Virus record (IMG/VR): IMGVR_UViG_3300035703_000008
Coordinates: 62,001-126,000 of that record
Length of the DNA stretch: 64,000 nucleotides
Strand: one strand, 5' to 3'
Shown piece by piece: positions 34,113 to 43,599 of the stretch; the first letter of the stretch is position 1; the number at the start of each line of letters is the position of its first letter. The translations under genes and the position numbers were made by a program. The notes below the pieces were generated by a model. The model was given only the letters and a program-made list of their open reading frames with translations. It did not search any database and had not been told where the DNA came from.

Positions 34113-35584
34113 ACTTTTACACCATACCGCTCCTGGAATCGATCAGCATCTGCACGATCATTGACCATGGGCTCTCCCCGGATATTGAGACTGGTGTTGA
34201 GCAGCATGGGACATCCTGTCAGCAAGAACCAGGCTTCCAATAGCTGTCTGATACCCGATCCATCAGCGGGCACGGTCTGCACTCGGGCTGTGTTGTCTAC
34301 ATGGCATATGGCCGGGAAACTGGCAGGATCTCGAACTCGTGCCACGATCTGCATGTAAGGACTGGAGGTCCACTTGTCAGGCATGTCAAAGTAGTCGTTG
34401 ACATGCTCTTCTAGGATCACTGGAGCAAAGGGACGGAACTTTTGTCTGCGCTTGATCTCATTGACACGATCTTTGATGTCAGGACCGCGTGGGTCAGCCA
34501 AGAGACTGCGATTGCCCAAGGCCCTGGGACCAAACTCAGCGCGACCGCTGGCCACTCCCACGATCTTATTGATCACTAGTTCGTCCAACAGAGGTTTCAC
34601 AGGATAGGCACCGGGTATGAGTCGTCCAAGGAAAGCGTCGCGCCAGTTGAGTTGCTTTCCATAACTGAGAGCCGCAGCACCGAGACTGCTACCAGCATCA
34701 CCGGGATTGGGCATGATCCATATGCGATCAAATACTTCGCCCAGTCTGCGATTGGCTACGCAGTTGAGAGCCACTCCGCCCATGTAAACGAGATTGGGAC
34801 TATTGGTGATGCGTCGAGCATGCTGCATCACGCTCATGATCAAGCGTTCAGTGATGTGCTGTGCGCAGGCTGCCACATGCACGTCTTCCATGTCATAGAC
34901 CACGTTGTCGGGCATGCCGATATGGAAATTGTGTTGTAGCTCGATGCGATCTAGATCAGCCACTACCTTGCGTTCTACAGCCTGATAGTCCTGGTAGCTG
35001 CCCCAGGCAGCCATGCCCATGGTGATGTATTCCTCGTCCATGGGACGGAGACCCACATGTTTGGTCACGGCCGAGTAAAACAATCCGATCGAATGCGGAT
35101 AACCTTGGCGCCACAAACGTAGGTACTGTGCGCGGCCTTGGCTGTCATACCAGGCTTGGTAGATCGAAATAGTGTCCATCTCACCGATGGCATCAATCAC
35201 CACCACGGCCGCGAATTCAAACGGAGATGTCTGGAATCCTGCAGCAGCATGGCTGAGATGGTGGCTGTGTCCTTGTATTCGTGCTGGACGTTGGAGCCAA
35301 TCGCCGAGATGTTTTTTTACTGCGCTCTTGACTGTCCAGGCACCAAACTCTCGTTGACCAGACCATAGTTGCTGGAGATTGTGCATCCACGGACGTTCGT
35401 AGAACGCGATGGTGTCAATGTCATAGTCGCAGCATTCACGCAAGAGATCAGGATGTATCTCTGCATCGTTCTTGCGTTTGCTGTATCTTTCGCTGTGTCC
35501 GGCGAATTCGATGTCACCATCGCTGTTGATCACGCTCACAGCAGCGTCATGGAAACCGGCACTGATTCCTAGATAGTGTTTCAT
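34103..35584 (-). CDS. O-carbamoyltransferase (NodU/CmcH/TobZ family)
   Basis: LGISAGFHDAA, ERYSKRK, HHLSHAA, GGVALNC, GDAG, GRAEFGPRALGNRSLLADP, RPFAP, LLNTSLN. Confidence 0.93.
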   Translation of the reverse strand: MKHYLGISAGFHDAAVSVINSDGDIEFAGHSERYSKRKNDAEIHPDLLRECCDYDIDTIAFYERPWMHNLQQLWSGQREFGAWTVKSAVKKHLGDWLQRPARIQGHSHHLSHAAAGFQTSPFEFAAVVVIDAIGEMDTISIYQAWYDSQGRAQYLRLWRQGYPHSIGLFYSAVTKHVGLRPMDEEYITMGMAAWGSYQDYQAVERKVVADLDRIELQHNFHIGMPDNVVYDMEDVHVAACAQHITERLIMSVMQHARRITNSPNLVYMGGVALNCVANRRLGEVFDRIWIMPNPGDAGSSLGAAALSYGKQLNWRDAFLGRLIPGAYPVKPLLDELVINKIVGVASGRAEFGPRALGNRSLLADPRGPDIKDRVNEIKRRQKFRPFAPVILEEHVNDYFDMPDKWTSSPYMQIVARVRDPASFPAICHVDNTARVQTVPADGSGIRQLLEAWFLLTGCPMLLNTSLNIRGEPMVNDRADADRFQERYGVKVCS

Positions 35585-35682
35585 TTGTAGATAAATGGAT
35601 CTCTTTTGCGCAGCTCTTTGAGCTTTTTACGATAACGTATTTCTAGCTTGATCTTGTTGATGAGATTGATTAACCATTTCAT
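35581..35682 (-). CDS. small basic protein, 33 aa, coupled to the carbamoyltransferase
   Basis: MKWLINLINKIKLEIRYRKKLKELRKRDPFIYK*, with an ATGA overlap. Confidence 0.65.
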   Translation of the reverse strand: MKWLINLINKIKLEIRYRKKLKELRKRDPFIYK

Positions 35683-35704
35683 GGCAGTTTCCTTGTAAAA
35701 TCTG

Positions 35705-36423
35705 TCAACTGGTGCGGCGCACCAGAGGAGTATACGATCCCGATCGTTGTTTCTGTTCCATGTCGGGATCATAGTAGGGCACAGCCGTAAAAGTCACTGT
35801 GCCTTTTTCGAGATGTCGATCACGACGCACAGCTAACACAGTCTCGAGATTATAGTAATTATACGCAGTATCGATGGGCTGTGTCCATTTCAGGGCTGAT
35901 CCTATGCAGGAACCATGCTGTATGTCATAGTTGGGCTCGACCATGCCGGCAAATTCCTGCCAATCGGTGTTCCAGTCCATGAGATAGGGCAAGATCAGCA
36001 GGCGCCAACCTGGTGCCATGCGAGCGCGCCATGGCCAATGCAGCAATCTAATCGATATCGCCAGGGACTGGTATCTACATTACCGTCGGGCTCGGTCCAT
36101 TGAGCATCTTCGATACGTTCGGCCCAAGGAGTACCGTGCAACATGTCAGGATGCAGTCGACCTCGGCTGAAATAGGTGTCGTAGCCGGTTATGGTTTCAG
36201 GCAAAGGTATGGTATAGCCCAGATGTGCTAGACCACGGAATCCCAAGCAGTGTCGTATGGTCCGATCATCGGACATGTCAATGGGTCGGTAGGCTCGCAG
36301 ATCCTTGAACCACCTCGGCAAATGATTGATCATAGGCGAGGGCGGAGGGCAATCCAGGTACTGTATGTCAGGATCTGTACAGTACTCCCAGGTCAGATAA
36401 TCATTTACTTGTAAATCCATCAT
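35705..36423 (-). pseudogene. hypothetical gene split by a single-base frameshift near 36050 (pseudogene or sequence error)
   Basis: The 5' part (MMDLQVNDY...SPWRYRL, ATGA-coupled start 36423) continues sensibly only in the neighbouring frame (LHWPWRARMAPGWRLLILPY...). Confidence 0.6.
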
Positions 36424-37562
36424 CGTGCGATAATTTTTACTTGTTGTTCTCGATAGTCGGGATCGCTCCAGTGGTAATCGTACTCGCAACGAGCATCGCT
36501 GGTGGTCACTGACCACACATCGAGGTGATTGTCTAACATGGTCCAAATACGGCCGGCATCCGACGTACCAAAGCTACGATCGAGATCTACCTGTCCCACT
36601 TGTGGATGTCCGATAGTGAGACTCTTGTCTTCGGGGTCAAATCCATTGTCGCGAAGCCATCCACGGAAATCATCGAGACGATCTCGCTGCCACGGGAACT
36701 CGCCGGGATCCTTGCCCCACTCAATGTCAAAGTCAGCCGCAGCTTCGGTCTGGCTACGAAGGGTGGTGCTTACCAGTTCGCCGAGTCGGCTGTCGCGTCC
36801 TTCGTCGTTGAACACTTCCCAGTGGTGCTTGCCCACGGCCTTGTTCACGCCCACGAACACTCCGCCCAGGCTGCGATTGATAGTATCAACTCCGAACAGT
36901 TCGTAGTCTTCCTCATCGAGCACAAACCTCGGTGCATGCAACCAGCACATCAGTGTGCTGGGACGTTGCCATTCAGGAGCTTCGATCTCCTTGCGCCAGC
37001 TCAGGGCCCAGGATTCGAACTCGTGACACAAGAGATTCAGTTGTCTGATGTGCCAGCGCGTGGCTGGATCTGCTTTCAAGAAAAACTCGCTCATGGATCC
37101 ACTCACACCTTGAAGGTCTTCAAAGTATCTGTGCAGCCAATTGAATCGATCGTGGATGATATTGCGTCCCACATTGCGACCTGGCTCTGTGGGTTTATCG
37201 GTGATCACTGTCGACATGGTGAAATGATCGTCGATGTGATATCCAATGTTGGCAGCGTTGATGGCAGCGATACTGGCATTGACTTGATCCAGGATGTACC
37301 ATCCGTTGCGCTCGTGGTTAGTGAAACCAAAAAAGCAGTAGTTCTTTTCGAGATGCCGCTGATCGTCGAGAACATTGTTTAGAGCTGCCAGCCATTTGCG
37401 ACTGAGGCTGTTATCATAGACATCCACGTAGGTTTTAAGTAGATCGCCGGTGCGATGATCTCGCAATTCAAGCTCGACTACATCAAGCAGGTATTTTTTT
37501 CCACCAATCATATATTTCCTTGTCATTTTCTTCAAGTATGCGTTCAAGTGTGAAAGTGTCAT
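36420..37562 (-). CDS. hypothetical protein in the radical SAM cluster (start uncertain)
   Basis: 380-aa ORF. The true start is probably near 37490-37525, at the stop of the upstream radical SAM gene. Confidence 0.7.
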   Translation of the reverse strand: MTLSHLNAYLKKMTRKYMIGGKKYLLDVVELELRDHRTGDLLKTYVDVYDNSLSRKWLAALNNVLDDQRHLEKNYCFFGFTNHERNGWYILDQVNASIAAINAANIGYHIDDHFTMSTVITDKPTEPGRNVGRNIIHDRFNWLHRYFEDLQGVSGSMSEFFLKADPATRWHIRQLNLLCHEFESWALSWRKEIEAPEWQRPSTLMCWLHAPRFVLDEEDYELFGVDTINRSLGGVFVGVNKAVGKHHWEVFNDEGRDSRLGELVSTTLRSQTEAAADFDIEWGKDPGEFPWQRDRLDDFRGWLRDNGFDPEDKSLTIGHPQVGQVDLDRSFGTSDAGRIWTMLDNHLDVWSVTTSDARCEYDYHWSDPDYREQQVKIIAR

Positions 37563-38793
37563 TGCGTATATGCTCGAGCTTCAATACACGTTGTTTGCCT
37601 CGAGTCAAGGCTGCTTGCCATTCCCCGGGCCATTGTTGTTCGAATGTGGGACGATTCTTGAGCTGCAGCAAAACATCTTTGAGAGCACCATTGGGCATGC
37701 CCGCGGTAAGTGTGTCTACCCTGGCATCCAATAGCTCACGAGGTAAAGCCAAAGGACTCATGACGATGTCGGGCGTAAAAGAAAATATCACTTTGGCCAG
37801 GATTTCCACGCCCATCTCCTGTGCCAAGGACTGTATGCGATCCACTTCAAACAAGCCCGGCAATGTGAGGGTAAAGTCGATCCTCATTTGCCGCGGATGC
37901 TGCGCGATGTCTCGACCTTGTTGGAAATGCTGTCGCCATTGCTGGTAGTCCAATCCTGTGCGGATGTATTCTCCAATCGCTCCAGTTCCATCCAGACTCG
38001 CGCAGATTTGCCAGTCTCGGATATGCCGGAGTATATCACTATAAAGGTTGACACCACGGTAATCAACCCTACTAAGATTAGTATTATATCTTGCATAGAC
38101 ACGCGGTCCATCTCCCAGTTCTACTATCCGCTGCATGTAGCGCCAGTGTTGTTCGTACATGAGGGGCTCACCACCCACCCAGTAGATCTCCTCCACACGG
38201 TGTTGCTCCACAGCTTCGGCGAATTCTCGCTCGATCTGCTCGTCCTGGAATCTGGTGATCTCTCGTTTGACTTCGGGGCGCATCCAGGTATTCTTGGGAT
38301 TGGCCCAGTCGATCATGTCGTGCTGTCTCTGTTCAGTTTCCCAGGCCGAGCTCAGCATGTCGCCGCAGGTCCTGCACTTGAAGTTGCAGAGATTTGAGAA
38401 TCTATAATCCCAGCTCACGGGCTGCATGCTGGTGCGCCCGTCAGCGTCGGTGGTTGCCCAGATGTCGTCGTACTTGTGCCGGAAAAGATGCCAGAAATAA
38501 GTGCGGTAGACATCAGTATTTAACAAACGATTGTTACAAACGTCGCACTCAGGCAAGGTTTCTCCGGCCATCATCCTACGACGCACTGATCGCATGTGCT
38601 CTGAATTCCAGTGCTGATCCAGGGTCAAAGGAATGTAGCGACCAGTGCCTGCGGCTGTGTCGATGTACTGCTGGAAGTTTTGGGCAGGCTCGCGACTGGC
38701 GCAGCACATCCTGCGTTCGGTCTGTGGACTCAGATAAGTGTGAGTCCACGGTGCCATGCACAGGGTATCGGGTCGTTGATCAGGAGGTAGCAT
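37483..38793 (-). CDS. radical SAM protein with an N-terminal twitch-like cluster
   Basis: CNFKCRTC, VGGEP; N-terminal LCMAPW...MCC...CDVC. Confidence 0.9.
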   Translation of the reverse strand: MLPPDQRPDTLCMAPWTHTYLSPQTERRMCCASREPAQNFQQYIDTAAGTGRYIPLTLDQHWNSEHMRSVRRRMMAGETLPECDVCNNRLLNTDVYRTYFWHLFRHKYDDIWATTDADGRTSMQPVSWDYRFSNLCNFKCRTCGDMLSSAWETEQRQHDMIDWANPKNTWMRPEVKREITRFQDEQIEREFAEAVEQHRVEEIYWVGGEPLMYEQHWRYMQRIVELGDGPRVYARYNTNLSRVDYRGVNLYSDILRHIRDWQICASLDGTGAIGEYIRTGLDYQQWRQHFQQGRDIAQHPRQMRIDFTLTLPGLFEVDRIQSLAQEMGVEILAKVIFSFTPDIVMSPLALPRELLDARVDTLTAGMPNGALKDVLLQLKNRPTFEQQWPGEWQAALTRGKQRVLKLEHIRNDTFTLERILEENDKEIYDWWKKIPA

Positions 38794-39760
38794 ATTCTAG
38801 TACCGGGCGTATTACACGATCAAAGTATCTTCCCATTACAAAATCATGGTTCCAAAAATGTTGTCGATTATGTTCGATCCTGTCCAGGGTCTCCCGATCG
38901 TATCCGCGATCAAGGTCGATTACATCCAAGTTACTCAACATGAGTTTTACACGATCGTACATGTCATTTATTTTATCGTAGCTCTCATCAAATATATTGT
39001 CGAATGTGACAAATCCCAGCGACTTGATATACTCCAAGGTGCCAGGGCAGGCTTGGATCAAAAACGGATGACAATAAGCGATGGGCTTAAAAGTTTTTTC
39101 AGTGATCCATGGACCAGCGCCGATGTAGGTCTCTGATACCACTGAACAAAAGGTCTTGTTATACCAGTCCCACTTTACGTACCTATCATTGAAATAGTGA
39201 AAAAGAGTTTCATGGTCCACGTCCCCAGGTAGAAAGATATTTTCGTCGTTGAAACTCCAGATCATGCGATCCAACCAAGGACCGGCTAGTTCTTTTAACA
39301 TACGCCGATGAAAACGAGTCTTTCGAATCGGCATCAATGCTAATTTTTCAAGTTGAAGGTCCCAGACTCTCAGATTTTCATAATGCTGATTATTCACATA
39401 CTCATTGTACCAAAAATACTCTTGGCATTCTAAAATATACCACCCGTCTTGGACGGCCTCACCGATGTTGTAGTTGAGAGCGATAGAATCGTCGTCGTCG
39501 CGGGGAGCTAGCCACGACGGTATCTCCCAGAGATTATCGAGAATCACCCGGTGACCATTGCTTCTTAGTTCTTTGAGTATGGGAGTCGGGCCATGTATGA
39601 TGCTAGAAATAAAAACTGTGTTTTTTTTATCGTAATGCCGGTTGGCATCATAAATCTCGATATTGAAATACTGCTGCCAGATTTTCCTGTGATGATCAAC
39701 GATCATCGACGGAGCCGGGTACTCCATTTCTCGAAACCAGATCAACTTGGGCTTGGTCAT
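38780..39760 (-). CDS. glycosyltransferase-like protein (TEKTFKP family)
   Basis: SVVSETY...WITEKTFKPIAYCHPF...YIKSLGFVTFDNIFDESYD. AT-rich. Confidence 0.65.
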   Translation of the reverse strand: MTKPKLIWFREMEYPAPSMIVDHHRKIWQQYFNIEIYDANRHYDKKNTVFISSIIHGPTPILKELRSNGHRVILDNLWEIPSWLAPRDDDDSIALNYNIGEAVQDGWYILECQEYFWYNEYVNNQHYENLRVWDLQLEKLALMPIRKTRFHRRMLKELAGPWLDRMIWSFNDENIFLPGDVDHETLFHYFNDRYVKWDWYNKTFCSVVSETYIGAGPWITEKTFKPIAYCHPFLIQACPGTLEYIKSLGFVTFDNIFDESYDKINDMYDRVKLMLSNLDVIDLDRGYDRETLDRIEHNRQHFWNHDFVMGRYFDRVIRPVLEYATS

Positions 39761-40983
39761 CTACTGGGACCCGAGTACTCAATCGCTGCAGCCAATTCAG
39801 GATGATGATCGCAGAGATTTTGTTGGCGCTTCCAGTCAAGGTCTTCTACCTTCATCCTCAAGATGCTGCCATCGAGGCTGACACCACGCTCAATGAATTC
39901 AATCACTCGATCAAATTCAGCACGATGTCTGGCAGTGACCTGTGCCGATTTCAAGCGATCGATCACTGCTGATTTAGCAGCATCAGGCAGGGTGCCCACT
40001 GAAAAGTAGTAGGCTTCGTGCATCATATTCCAATACACAAAGTCGAAACCTTGCTGGTCAATCCAGTTGGCCAATCCTTCGAGATACATAACGTTAAAAA
40101 CATTTATAGTACTACAGACCTGTAGCTGTATGCGGCCAGGATGTCGAGATCTGAGATCCCGGAATCGCTGCAGATTTTCTTGCACCTCAGACCAAACAGC
40201 GTTGGTTCTTTGATATTCAAATCTCTCATCAAGGTCATCGATGCTGAATGCGATCTCTACTGTCTTGAAATGCCGCCAGATCTCTTCGGCTTCCTCAGGC
40301 CACTGAGTGCCGTTGGTGTTGTAGTGTATTTCTACGTTGCCGGCAATGCCACGCTCAACGATGCCACGCAAGAGTTGGAAGTGCTCGCGGATCATGAAAG
40401 GTTCACCACCGGTGAATTCGATGTAGCGGATCTGATCGATGATGGTGTCGATCTGGCTCCAGAACGTTTCGTTTTCCTTGGGCCAGGCACCCTTCTTCAG
40501 CATGGTGTAGTGGAAACTCTTTTTCTTGGTTTCTTCGTCGCGACTCACATATGTGAGCTCTTCCACGGCGAATGTACTGGAACTCCAGGACCCACAAATC
40601 CTGCATTTGAGATTGCAGATGTTGCCCAGCTTGAGATCAAGGAACATGAGAGGTTTGGCATCCACAGTCCACTCTTCGTCGGGGATCATGTGCTTGAGTC
40701 GATCCAAGGTATGCATGCGTTTGCTGGTACGGCCAGCACGTTCTTCGTTCCAGCACTTGCGGCAGGTGCGTGGCTTTTTGGCATCAAGGAACTCTTGGCG
40801 CAGCTGGATCATGTATCGACTCTGCTGTACTTGTCCGAGATCGGCTGTGCTGAGTTCAAACTTTTCTCCGGCATCGTCCACGATCTCTTCTTCGGCCAAG
40901 CAGCAAGGACGTACGGTACCGATCGGTGATGTTTCTAGGCTCACCCATGGTAGTACACAAAATTTGTCGTGTGGTATTTTCAT
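39757..40983 (-). CDS. radical SAM protein with an N-terminal twitch-like cluster
   Basis: CNLKCRIC, TGGEP; FCVLPW...PCC...CRKC. Confidence 0.9.
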   Translation of the reverse strand: MKIPHDKFCVLPWVSLETSPIGTVRPCCLAEEEIVDDAGEKFELSTADLGQVQQSRYMIQLRQEFLDAKKPRTCRKCWNEERAGRTSKRMHTLDRLKHMIPDEEWTVDAKPLMFLDLKLGNICNLKCRICGSWSSSTFAVEELTYVSRDEETKKKSFHYTMLKKGAWPKENETFWSQIDTIIDQIRYIEFTGGEPFMIREHFQLLRGIVERGIAGNVEIHYNTNGTQWPEEAEEIWRHFKTVEIAFSIDDLDERFEYQRTNAVWSEVQENLQRFRDLRSRHPGRIQLQVCSTINVFNVMYLEGLANWIDQQGFDFVYWNMMHEAYYFSVGTLPDAAKSAVIDRLKSAQVTARHRAEFDRVIEFIERGVSLDGSILRMKVEDLDWKRQQNLCDHHPELAAAIEYSGPSR

Positions 40984-42269
40984 CTCAGTGCCTCAAGTTC
41001 GGGGATGACATCTAGTAGGTTTTCGTTACGGATAGCATCCAGTTGCGCTGTTTTCTGCCAGAACTTTGGAATAAGAGCGGAGTTATCGGTGGCGTTCATA
41101 AATGCGATAGCTGATTCAAACCCCACTGTGGCTCTCTGCAAAGGATCTTGTGGGCGCAACCAATCAAGATGCTGATTAAATCTTTCAGTGAGTTTGATCT
41201 TGTAGTCAGGTGTGGCTATGTCGATTCGATAGTATTCAGGATCCTGCAGGATGTTTACATTGAGATCCTGCGGACGCAGCAGGCCTTTTTCGACCCAGTC
41301 TCTGTGGAACTCTGGCAGATGCCAGGCATTCATGATCGACAGCGTGGGAGAAATATAGAAGTCAACATCAGGACAGGTGTCCATCATCCTGCGACGATTT
41401 TCTTCGACCACGTTCCAACGGGTGCCTTTACGGATGTATTCTCCGCGAGCGCCCGAGTCATCGAGGCTGGCACCCACGGCCACTGATTTGAATTTTTTCC
41501 AATAATCAAACACGTAGCGATCTTTGAGTTTGACTTGTGTAAAGTTAGTATTGTAGATCAACCGTACATCAAATCTCCCACGCCGTTCCAGTTCGTCGAG
41601 GATGCGATAATGCTCGTCCATCATGAGAGGCTCGCCGCCGGCAAAATAGATCTGTTCCACATAGTCTAGATGCCCAGTCAGTTGTTCCCAGATATCAGTT
41701 TCGTGTCTCCCAGCATAGTTCAGGACTTTGTTGTTTTTGGCCCAATCACCGCCGGCCAGCTGTGCTTGATCCTGGAACCAAGAACTGGAAAAGATGTGCC
41801 CACAGCTACGGCAACTGAGATTGCAGAGATTGGAAAATCTCACGTCCCAGTAGGTCATCTTGAAATCTTCGTAGTGTCCGTCTCTGGCAGTGCGATCGGT
41901 GCGATCGATGTGATGTCCATGATGCTTGTTGGCGCTCTGGCGTCCACTGAAGAACCCTGATTTTTCTTGTTCGTAGCAGCGAGTACAATATGGATTCTTT
42001 CGTCCGTCCAACATGTCTCGGCGCAACTGTTTCATCTTATCGGAGTTCCAGATCTCTTGCATGCTGTTGTCTCGACAACTGCCCATGGGTCCAGCACGCA
42101 TCTCGGCATGGCAGCAAGGCCATGCTTCGCCGGTGGGATAGGCATGCATGTGGATCCAAGGATACATGCAGAAAGTTTTTGACTCACTGAGCAAAAATCG
42201 CTTGTGATCGCTGATGTCGTCGAGCTTGATCTTGATAGGATCAGCTGAATTGTAGTTGTATTGAGTCAT
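40980..42269 (-). CDS. radical SAM protein with an N-terminal twitch-like cluster
   Basis: CNLSCRSC, AGGEP; FCMYPW...PCC...CTRC. Confidence 0.9.
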   Translation of the reverse strand: MTQYNYNSADPIKIKLDDISDHKRFLLSESKTFCMYPWIHMHAYPTGEAWPCCHAEMRAGPMGSCRDNSMQEIWNSDKMKQLRRDMLDGRKNPYCTRCYEQEKSGFFSGRQSANKHHGHHIDRTDRTARDGHYEDFKMTYWDVRFSNLCNLSCRSCGHIFSSSWFQDQAQLAGGDWAKNNKVLNYAGRHETDIWEQLTGHLDYVEQIYFAGGEPLMMDEHYRILDELERRGRFDVRLIYNTNFTQVKLKDRYVFDYWKKFKSVAVGASLDDSGARGEYIRKGTRWNVVEENRRRMMDTCPDVDFYISPTLSIMNAWHLPEFHRDWVEKGLLRPQDLNVNILQDPEYYRIDIATPDYKIKLTERFNQHLDWLRPQDPLQRATVGFESAIAFMNATDNSALIPKFWQKTAQLDAIRNENLLDVIPELEALR

Positions 42270-43599
42270 ACCAATCTTTCAGTCGTGGAAAAGTCGCGGC
42301 AAAGTCTTTGCCGCGACGTTGATCATACTGTTGATAAAACAAGCGAAAATCGTTGTGCAGTTTAGACATCTCGAATGCATCAGAATGCGGAGTCTTGACC
42401 ACATCAAGGTAGTCAACTAGTCTCTGTAAATGATTGATCTCGTGCTCGTGCATGTAATCACAACCTTTGTGGCGCACCATAAATTCAGCGAGACGATCCT
42501 TGTAATAGCTGCGCAATTCATCGGGCAGCACCAATGGCGATTGGAAGCTAGGGAACCGCAGGATGTTTAAGGTAAAGTTCACACGTTCGCGGCCGTACTG
42601 CTTTTTGAATTCGATCACTTGTTCGAGATACTCAGGCAAGCTGTCTAGACACAGGGCATTGATGGTACACATACTGTGTACGGCACGTATGTGATCGTGC
42701 TCTAGTAATTCTCGCATGTTGCCTAGCCAAACATTATAATCGATACCGTCTCGTATGTATTCGCTTTGTGCACCAACCGCTTCGTTGCTGGTATAGATTT
42801 CCACATGAGACAACCCAGCTACGCTGTCCAGGAACTCTAGGAGCCTTTCCTTTTCCAAGGCGAGGTTAGAGTTGATGGCCAATTTCGTCGAGCAGCGACC
42901 TTGATTCTCCTTGAACCAGTCAAGTAACTGCCACATATAGCCGGACATGAGCGGTTCGCCGCCGGTGATGCGTAGTTCTTCGAGCGTACGGTGTAGGTCT
43001 GATTCCCACCACTCAAAGAACGCGCGGATATATGGATTATCCTCACCAAAGCGATATAACTGGGCACTATCATGAGTGTGAGTAAAATGGTTTCGACCAT
43101 CAGATACCAGTCCCCGATAAGGACCGGAATTCTTAATATCCTTAACCCATGTACTAGAAAAAGCAGGATTACAGTAAGAGCAAGCCAGTTGGCAAGTGCG
43201 ATCAAAGGCAATTTCCAGCGTGCGGAGATTGACATCCACGCTTGGATCAAGTTGGCTTGCATGATGTAGAGTCTGGATCGGGTAGATTCGGCTTTTATAT
43301 ACGCGATCTGATATTGCGTCCCGCCCCATGTCTTCAATCTTCCAGCAATACTCGCAACCAGGTGGTCTTCGACCCGCTTGCATGTCAGCTCGATCTTGTT
43401 TTTTAGCTGGTGTATTGTGGAGAGCACGTGGATTGATCTGGACATCTTCTATACTTATTTTGTGTGCGGGAGGATGGTGGCAGCTGGTGGTCATACCGGA
43501 GCCGAGCCAAATGGTGGCATTGTACCATTTGGCGCCACAAAAACTGTCGGATATGGTGTCTAGCACCTGTTGTCGGAATTCTAGATCGTTCATTGGCAA
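42241..43599 (-). CDS. radical SAM protein with an N-terminal Cys/His cluster
   Basis: CQLACSYC, TGGEP; FCGAKW...SCHH...CEYC. Confidence 0.9.
   Translation of the reverse strand: MPMNDLEFRQQVLDTISDSFCGAKWYNATIWLGSGMTTSCHHPPAHKISIEDVQINPRALHNTPAKKQDRADMQAGRRPPGCEYCWKIEDMGRDAISDRVYKSRIYPIQTLHHASQLDPSVDVNLRTLEIAFDRTCQLACSYCNPAFSSTWVKDIKNSGPYRGLVSDGRNHFTHTHDSAQLYRFGEDNPYIRAFFEWWESDLHRTLEELRITGGEPLMSGYMWQLLDWFKENQGRCSTKLAINSNLALEKERLLEFLDSVAGLSHVEIYTSNEAVGAQSEYIRDGIDYNVWLGNMRELLEHDHIRAVHSMCTINALCLDSLPEYLEQVIEFKKQYGRERVNFTLNILRFPSFQSPLVLPDELRSYYKDRLAEFMVRHKGCDYMHEHEINHLQRLVDYLDVVKTPHSDAFEMSKLHNDFRLFYQQYDQRRGKDFAATFPRLKDWYDSIQLQFS

Noticed and set aside
36040-36060. Programmed ribosomal frameshift
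   Set aside because: No slippery heptamer or obvious stimulatory structure at the junction.
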